From an uncultured Gemmatimonadales bacterium (GTDB lineage: Bacteria > Gemmatimonadota > Gemmatimonadetes > Longimicrobiales > Gaopeijiaceae): a stretch of 64,000 bases of DNA. The notes under the pieces were generated by a model that saw only the letters and a program-made list of their open reading frames with translations, did no database searches and had not been told where the DNA came from. The stretch covers positions 576,001-640,000 of the forward strand of contig CAWELD010000010.1 in assembly GCA_963809895.1 (NCBI GenBank), in the 5' to 3' direction. This document shows, piece after piece, positions 58,151-64,000 of this stretch (its first letter is position 1; every line of letters begins with the position of its first letter). The position numbers were made by a program, and so were the translations under genes.

Positions 58151-58510
58151 ATGGCCAGAGTAGCCTCAGTCATTCCGACCCTTCGCGTGACGAAGGTCGA
58201 GGACTCGCTGCCAATCTACCAAGCCCTTGGCTTTGAGGTCGCTTGGCAGCACCAGCTCCAGCCCTCTGGGCCCAGACTGACAGCCCTCGCTCAAGACGCG
58301 AAGCAGGTGTTCCTGACCGAGCATCCCATCGCACCCGTCGGCGCTGTCGTCCACTTCATGGTCGAGGGACTCGACGAGATAGTGGGGCGTGCCAAGTCCG
58401 CCGGCTTCGACCCGACGTTTGGCCCCGAACTCCGGCCTTGGGGTGACCGCGAAGCGTACTTTGCAGATCCCGACGGCAATATCTTGAGATTCGGAGAGAG
58501 TTCGGGCTGA
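58151..58510 (+). CDS. VOC/glyoxalase family protein
   Basis: LGFEV, PWGDREAYFADPDGNILRF. Confidence 0.88.
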   Translation: MARVASVIPTLRVTKVEDSLPIYQALGFEVAWQHQLQPSGPRLTALAQDAKQVFLTEHPIAPVGAVVHFMVEGLDEIVGRAKSAGFDPTFGPELRPWGDREAYFADPDGNILRFGESSG

Positions 58511-58592
58511 CGCGGCGGCGGGCTGTTCGGCTTGCACTTCACAGCCGGCGGTCAGCAGATTGCCCCCGCAGAAGAAACGCTAGTCGTTAGCG
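58507..58592 (+). repeat. attC remnant (family B)
   Basis: CTGTTCGGCTTGCACTTCACAGCC..GTTAGCG. Confidence 0.7.
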
Positions 58593-58760
58593 GTATGCCC
58601 AGAGGGCCGACAGTGGTGAGATCATCCGCTTGGGCGACGGGCGAGCTCAGCCCCGCGCGAGTCCAGGCAGCGAAGACCGGCCAGGGCCCAATTCCTGCTA
58701 CTTGGGAGGCGCTGACGGACGTGATCGAGTGCCCCGGAAGCGAGTGGAACTTGAGCGGTC

Positions 58761-59246
58761 GTGAAAGGGGGATCCGGGTTGGGTAAGGACGAGGTACGAC
58801 TTCGTGAGGTCGAACCTGACGACCTGCCCATCTTCTACGAGCAGCAACTCGACGCCGACGCCACACGTATGGCTGCCTTCCCCGCCCGCGACCGCGTAGC
58901 CTTCGATGCCCATTGGTCGACCAACATCCTCGGAAATCCGGCGGCGATCACGCAGACGATTCTCCTCGACGGCCAGGTCGCGGGCCACATCGGAAGCTGG
59001 CTCCAAGACGGTGTCCGCCTTGTCGGGTACTGGATTGGCAAAGAGCATTGGGGCAAGGGGGTCGCCACCCGAGCGCTGACCGGCTTTCTGCACCTGGTCA
59101 CGCAACGCCCTCTTCGAGCGCACGTGGCCAAGCATAACGTCGGCTCGATCCGGGTTCTTGAGAAATGCGGCTTCCAACTTGAGCGTGAGGAGAGCGACGA
59201 GTTCGGGGGCGACGGCGTTGCGGAGGTCGTGTTTGTCCTGCGCTGA
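58761..59246 (+). CDS. GNAT N-acetyltransferase
   Basis: VGYWIGKEHWGKGVAT, NVGSIRVLEKCGF. Confidence 0.9.
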   Translation: MKGGSGLGKDEVRLREVEPDDLPIFYEQQLDADATRMAAFPARDRVAFDAHWSTNILGNPAAITQTILLDGQVAGHIGSWLQDGVRLVGYWIGKEHWGKGVATRALTGFLHLVTQRPLRAHVAKHNVGSIRVLEKCGFQLEREESDEFGGDGVAEVVFVLR

Positions 59247-59322
59247 AGCAGAGTGGCTCCCCCAGAGGCCCGGCGGGTTGCCGTAGCGCCGGCTGATGCA
59301 GGAAGAACGCTCGTCGTTGGAG
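59241..59322 (+). repeat. Highly degenerate attC remnant
   Basis: GCAGGAAGAACGCTCGTC GTTGGAG resembles the right arm at 58570-58592. Confidence 0.45.
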
Positions 59323-59396
59323 CGCGACGCTGGCTGGGTGGTCGGGTCAGCGGTGGCCATCATCGGCAGGTCACGGGCGATGGCCAACGATCCTGA

Positions 59397-59828
59397 TCAA
59401 GGCCACGGCTCCAGGTCGGTACTGGCCATTCCGGTCTCGAAGTCCATCGGGGCCGACATGTGCTCATGGACGGCTATCCACCGTCCGCCTCGGCGCACCC
59501 ATCCGATGGTGGAGCGAACCCACATAGAAACGCCGGCTCCCGTCTTGAGCGTGCCGCTCACGTGGACGAGCGCGTGGCTGAAGGCAGCATCGCCATCGCC
59601 TCGCACGGCCAGGTCGCGCAGCTCGAATCCGATGGGGCCGTCGTACCCTGCGAACCATGCCTCGAGCTGCTGACGAACGGCGTCAGATCCTGAGCGCACA
59701 AGCGGCTTTCCAACGTCGAAGCAGATGACTTCCTCGGCCACATGCTGCATCACGCCGTCCACGTCGTGCGCCGCCACGGCCGCTACCCGTGCTTCGAGGA
59801 GTCGGGAGATCTCGGTCTCGACGCTCAT
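59397..59828 (-). CDS. SnoaL-like / NTF2 family protein
   Basis: DVDGVM, FDVGKPL, MWVRST, WIAVHEHMSAP. Confidence 0.88.
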   Translation of the reverse strand: MSVETEISRLLEARVAAVAAHDVDGVMQHVAEEVICFDVGKPLVRSGSDAVRQQLEAWFAGYDGPIGFELRDLAVRGDGDAAFSHALVHVSGTLKTGAGVSMWVRSTIGWVRRGGRWIAVHEHMSAPMDFETGMASTDLEPWP

Positions 59829-60045
59829 CGTGTCCGGGGTTGCGTGGAGAGTTGATCTTCGAGGCGATCCAGCAACACGGACAGGCCCGCTTTGCGCATG
59901 TCGGGCGTCTCGCCTCCGAGGTACGCAGACTGATCAGTGAGAGTGAGATGGGTGCCGTCACCGTCCGGCATGAGGTCGATGGTGGTCATCGTCGCGGTCG
60001 TAGGGATGCCGCGCTCGTACAGGACGCCAGCCATGACCAGGAGCT
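59825..60045 (-). pseudogene. SRPBCC C-terminal fragment
   Basis: TTIDLMPDGDGTHLTLTDQSAYL..G...LLDRL; no credible 5' part. Confidence 0.6.
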
Positions 60046-60089
60046 CGCCCTCTCGAATTTCGAGGTATTCTTGGCACGTCAAGACCGTG

Positions 60090-60251
60090 TTCCAACTAGC
60101 AATTCTTGCGAGGCGTGTGGTGACGTCCTCGTCTGGTGCTTGGCCACGGACTCGGCCCGACGAGGTAGGCGGGATCCGGAGCACTCGGCTGGCGGCTCGC
60201 GCCGCGGGTCGGCATTCTGGTCCTGCAGCAGAAACCCAGGGTCTCTTGGCA
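60090..60251 (+). repeat. Degenerate or rearranged attC (family C)
   Basis: TTCCAACTAGCAATT left arm; CCGGAGCACTCGGCTGGCGGCTCGCG..GCAGCAGAAACCC; core lost. Confidence 0.65.
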
Positions 60252-60326
60252 ACTTCCCACGATCGGCCAGCCGTCGCGAAGCACGCCCGGTGCGTCGTCA
60301 AGGCCGACATAGCCGGTGCCGTGTGA

Positions 60327-60568
60327 ATGGGAGCGTTCGAAACCTGTCGGTCTTGATCTCGATCGTGCTGGGGCTGGGGATCACCCACCTCCTCATGGGA
60401 TTCGGACGGTGGGTCGAGGGGCGACGTGAGTTCCATGCCTTCGGGCCATCGCTGGCCTGCTGCGATCCTCGGCATGGCCCTGAAGAGAAGAGGGGACATC
60501 GTCCGTTGGCATACTCCGTCCTGGTCGTGTTCGTGGTCTACACCGTCGTCCTCTTCTTCGACCTCTGA
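60327..60568 (+). pseudogene. Membrane protein remnant
   Basis: LSVLISIVLGLGITHLL stretch, short and frame-disrupted. Confidence 0.5.
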
Positions 60569-60614
60569 GCCCGAGGGCGGAAGCCCGCCCGACGGTGGAC
60601 GTGGAGACTCAACC

Positions 60615-61556
60615 TTGAACACCAAGCGAGTGTGGTTGCACAAGGCCGGTCGTCTGGCCGCTGAGTTCATTGTGGTCGTCGCAGTGCTCTGTCTTCTCGA
60701 CGCTGCATCGGCCTCGGCCCAGATACCCGCCGGCGCGCGCCAGATGGTCGATGTCCAGGGGGTGTCTACCCACGTGGTCACACTCGGGCTGGAAGACCGG
60801 GACCCGGGCGAACCCGTTCTGGTGCTGATGTCCGGATCGGGAACTCCGCTGGAGTCGTGGGCGAGGTGGCTTCCGGCGCTAGCCGAGTTGGCGCCCGTCC
60901 TGGTATACGACCGGCCGGGCATCGGACGGTCGGAGTACGACGGAAGCTCCGTCGGCCCCGACGGGATCTCGAGTCACCTCGATGCCCTGCTCACTGCTTT
61001 GCACATCGAGCCTCCGCTGGTCCTCGTCGGGCACTCCTGGGGTGGGGTGCTCGCCCTCTATTTCGCTGGGCACAGAGGCGACGACGTCGTCGGAATGGTC
61101 TATCTGGACCCGAAGGATCCGCGGGACTCGCAGTACGGTTATCGGCTCGTGGATGAGGAGGAACTGGCCCGACAAGAGGCCGCGGAGGACTCGATGTACG
61201 CGGCGATGAATCTCGGGCCCGGGCTGCTGGCCGAGCTCGACGCGATTCGCGCGTTCGAGGCCACGCCCGTCGACGAGCGGGGACTCCCCGACGACCCGCC
61301 CGTGCCGACGGCTCTCGTGCTCGCGACAATGATTCCGGACTTGACCGGCGCCCCAGAGGGTGTGACCGCGGAGTGGTTTGGCCGTCTGATGAGCCGACGG
61401 CTGGAGCGGCTTCCTCGATGGGTGGCCTCGATGCCACACGGCACCGTGATCATCTCCACCGACTCGGGTCATGGCGTGTACCGTGATGCTCCCGAGTTGT
61501 CTTTGGCGGCGGTCAGGAGGGTGCTCCGGGCCTATCGGAATGGATTGGAGCGATAG
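60615..61556 (+). CDS. Alpha/beta hydrolase, secreted (start uncertain)
   Basis: YDRPGIGRS, LVGHSWGG, SGHGV. Confidence 0.88.
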   Translation: MNTKRVWLHKAGRLAAEFIVVVAVLCLLDAASASAQIPAGARQMVDVQGVSTHVVTLGLEDRDPGEPVLVLMSGSGTPLESWARWLPALAELAPVLVYDRPGIGRSEYDGSSVGPDGISSHLDALLTALHIEPPLVLVGHSWGGVLALYFAGHRGDDVVGMVYLDPKDPRDSQYGYRLVDEEELARQEAAEDSMYAAMNLGPGLLAELDAIRAFEATPVDERGLPDDPPVPTALVLATMIPDLTGAPEGVTAEWFGRLMSRRLERLPRWVASMPHGTVIISTDSGHGVYRDAPELSLAAVRRVLRAYRNGLER

Positions 61557-61643
61557 CCCGTTCGCCTTGCACCTTCGAAGCCCGCAACACTCGTTGCTGG
61601 TCCCCCGCTTGCGAGTGTAAGACGATATATGTAGAATAAGGTC

Positions 61644-61946
61644 ATGCAACGCCTCACTCGTACGACCACGCGCGCCCTCGCAGCCTTTCTCGAGACGCCC
61701 AGCAGTTGGCGCTACGGCTACGACCTCATGCAGGTCGCCGACCTCTCCTCGGGCACCCTCTACCCACTCCTGGCGCGACTCGCCGACGACGGCTGGCTCG
61801 AATCGCGTTGGGAGGAGTCCGAACTCCCGGGGAGGCCGCCGAGGCAGTTGTATCGCCTCACCGCGACCGGGCGTGTTCAGGCTCGCAAGGCGCTGGAGCG
61901 GGCGCAGCCTTCATGGCTTCCGACCCCCCGGACTCGGGAGGCGTGA
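61644..61946 (+). CDS. PadR-family regulator
   Basis: YGYDL, SGTLYPLLARL..GWLESRWE, RPPRQLYRLT. Confidence 0.92.
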   Translation: MQRLTRTTTRALAAFLETPSSWRYGYDLMQVADLSSGTLYPLLARLADDGWLESRWEESELPGRPPRQLYRLTATGRVQARKALERAQPSWLPTPRTREA

Positions 61947-63049
61947 GCATGCTGCAGCGCTTCTCCCCGGTGCTTGGCCGAACGGTTCAGAAGATGGCCA
62001 GACTCTCCCCGCCGCGGTATCGCGAACTGGTACGAGGGATGGTGGCCGAACTCGAATCGATGCCGGACCCAGCGGAGCAGACCCGTTTCGCGCTGGGTGC
62101 CATGGTCGCCATCAGCCGCCTCGTAGTGCGTGGGTACGTGGGAAGCGTGTCACGCGTCGTGCGCCGACTTGTCGGCATCCGGGAATCACGAGACCACGCA
62201 ACAGCAGAGGTGCCATCCATGCCATCCCTCACGACTCGCCAGGTGCTGGGTCGCCTCGCCGTCCCCTTTGCCGTATCGCTCGCCTCCCTGACGGCACTCC
62301 TGATCGCCAACAGCGCCGTGCGGTTGGTGCCCCGGTTGACTGCAAGAGGAGTATCGACCGGCGGCGTTGCCAAGGCCATCGTGGTCGCCGTTCCCCACAC
62401 GGTCGCCCTCACGATCCCGATGGCGGTCTTCGTGGCGGTTTGCTGGGCGTTCATGCGGCTCGGAAGGGAAGGCATCCTCGCCGAGGCCAGACGAGAGGCG
62501 GGCGGATACCGCCGCCTCCTCGGGCCGGTGTTGGGCGCGGCCGCCGTGGTGACCGCGTTGGCCTTTGCGTCAAACGCGGAACTCGTGCCTCGGGCGAATG
62601 CGCAGCTCGGGGCGGCGATCCAAGGGGCCCCGCTCCGAGACAACGACCGAACGATGACCTTTGGCCAGCTGCGAGCGGCCGTGCGGAGAGCCGAAGCCGC
62701 GACCGAGCCGAGCGCCGCGGCCCGCGCGGCGGCGTACGAAGTAGAGATCCAGAAGAAGGCCGCCCTCGCAGTCGCGTGCATCTTGCTGGCTCTGCTCGGG
62801 ACAGCAGTGGCCATTCGATTTCCGCGAGGCGACGGCAGATTGGTGTTTGGCGCCGCTGTTACCGTCTTTTTGGGGTACTATGCCGTTACCGTCGCAGGAG
62901 AGTCGCTTGCGGACCGACAGATGCTGTCGCCGCTCCTCGCGATGTGGATGGCCAACGCGATCCTACTGGTCCTCGCGGCGCTCCTCATCTGGGGAGCGGG
63001 GCGTCCTCGCCATGCCGATGGCGCTGAGGGCCTGGCGGTCAACGGCTGA
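61943..63049 (+). CDS. Membrane protein with LptF/LptG-like domain
   Basis: LTIPMAVFVA, NAELVPRAN, VEIQKKAALAVAC, AMWMAN; GTGA overlap with padR. Confidence 0.75.
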   Translation: MSMLQRFSPVLGRTVQKMARLSPPRYRELVRGMVAELESMPDPAEQTRFALGAMVAISRLVVRGYVGSVSRVVRRLVGIRESRDHATAEVPSMPSLTTRQVLGRLAVPFAVSLASLTALLIANSAVRLVPRLTARGVSTGGVAKAIVVAVPHTVALTIPMAVFVAVCWAFMRLGREGILAEARREAGGYRRLLGPVLGAAAVVTALAFASNAELVPRANAQLGAAIQGAPLRDNDRTMTFGQLRAAVRRAEAATEPSAAARAAAYEVEIQKKAALAVACILLALLGTAVAIRFPRGDGRLVFGAAVTVFLGYYAVTVAGESLADRQMLSPLLAMWMANAILLVLAALLIWGAGRPRHADGAEGLAVNG

Positions 63050-63094
63050 CGGCCGGGAACGTGAGCGGCGCGCCCTGACGGACGGGCGGAGAGC

Positions 63095-63820
63095 CTACCG
63101 GAAGTCGAGCGATCCGTCGCCCAGGTCGGCGATGTCGAACGGCCCCTCGAACACGAAGTCGCCGAGGTACGTGGCCCATTGGGTCCCGCTGACGTTGAAC
63201 AGGTAGTAGGTGCCGTTGACGTATACTGCCGCTCCCACGTTGGCGATGGGTGCACCGCCACCACCGAAGTCGTCGGCGAAGCTTTGCACGTCGGTCCAGG
63301 CCAGGTCTCCGTATCGCCAGAGCTGCCAGGACGTACCCGCGCTGTCGAAGATGAAAAAACGGGGGGTGTTCGCCGCGCGGGAGATCGCGCCCACGTTCGT
63401 GAGCGTCGGGGTGCCGAGGACGTCGCTGGGTCCGAACGACTCTGCGTCACGGTACGTCCCGGACCCGTATTCGTAGGCCGTGTAGCTGTGGCCGAGTCCG
63501 TCGACCATGAACGTCTCGGACCCGGCGATCGTCGTGCCGGCCGCGCCGATGGAGGCGAGAGGGAGCCCGTCCGTTTCGAGGTCGGCCACGTCCGCGGCCG
63601 GCCCGAACGTCCCGCTGCCCGGGTCCCAGCTCACCCAGCGGGTTCCGTCGAGGCTGATCAGGTTGACCGTGCCCGCCGGGGTCACGTAGGCGGCACCCAC
63701 GGCTTGGAGGGGGGGACACGCGGACTGGCTAGGGTCGTCCGCGCAGGTCGGGGCCGCCGTGGAGCTATCGCACGCCACGAGAGTGGCGGCCATGAGCGCG
63801 AGTGTCGCGGTCCGGTTCAT
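63095..63820 (-). CDS. Lipoprotein with four ~50-aa repeats (hemopexin-like)
   Basis: LVAC lipobox; repeats AVGAA, SIGAA, NVGAI, NVGAA each followed by an aromatic strand and G. Confidence 0.7.
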   Translation of the reverse strand: MNRTATLALMAATLVACDSSTAAPTCADDPSQSACPPLQAVGAAYVTPAGTVNLISLDGTRWVSWDPGSGTFGPAADVADLETDGLPLASIGAAGTTIAGSETFMVDGLGHSYTAYEYGSGTYRDAESFGPSDVLGTPTLTNVGAISRAANTPRFFIFDSAGTSWQLWRYGDLAWTDVQSFADDFGGGGAPIANVGAAVYVNGTYYLFNVSGTQWATYLGDFVFEGPFDIADLGDGSLDFR

Positions 63821-63896
63821 GGGTATTCCTCGGTCGCTGGACGTCTCGGGCGGGCGGAGGGCCGTCCAGCCGAGCGAAGGATCAGGTTTGGAACCT

Positions 63897-63995
63897 ATGT
63901 TGCCGCGTGCGATCGACGAAGGCCGGAAGGGTCGCGCGCGCGGCGTGCGGCGGGCATCATGGGGCACGCGGCGCACTGAAGATCCACTTGGCGTC
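63897..63995 (+). repeat. Degenerate attC (family A)
   Basis: TGCCGCGTGC..GAAGGGTCGCGCGCG..GGCATCATGGGGCACGCGGC. Confidence 0.7.
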
Positions 63996-64000
63996 CCATG

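Overview
High-GC bacterial DNA. The gene families suggest Gemmatimonadota or a similar lineage, but that is inference only. The window has two halves. (1) 1-24.8 kb is chromosomal: an NHEJ cluster (Ku plus stand-alone LigD polymerase and phosphoesterase genes) with RidA and MerR-TPR genes, a Pcm/erythromycin-esterase fusion, a frameshifted zinc metalloprotease, transporters, and an ECF sigma / Ser-Thr kinase / secreted serine hydrolase / OmpA / lipoprotein unit. (2) 24.9-64 kb is a large integron. An intact integron integrase (24921-25910) points TOWARD its array (reverse arrangement), followed by a putative attI (~26191) and about 30 attC sites or remnants. These fall into three long sequence families and decay with distance from the integrase. 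Cassettes include ten toxin-antitoxin modules, defence-like genes, beta-propeller proteins and serine hydrolases. The most notable signal is an IS1111-type IS110 element that sits in attC sites at the same nucleotide three times: once intact, once as an IS256 chimera and once as a miniature. The downstream non-coding region of the intact copy holds two stem-bounded loops whose segments match both halves of the attC target and both halves of the element's own circle junction, i.e. a readable bridge/seek-RNA. The miniature copy has lost exactly these loops. All calls come from reading the sequence by eye; no database searches were run.
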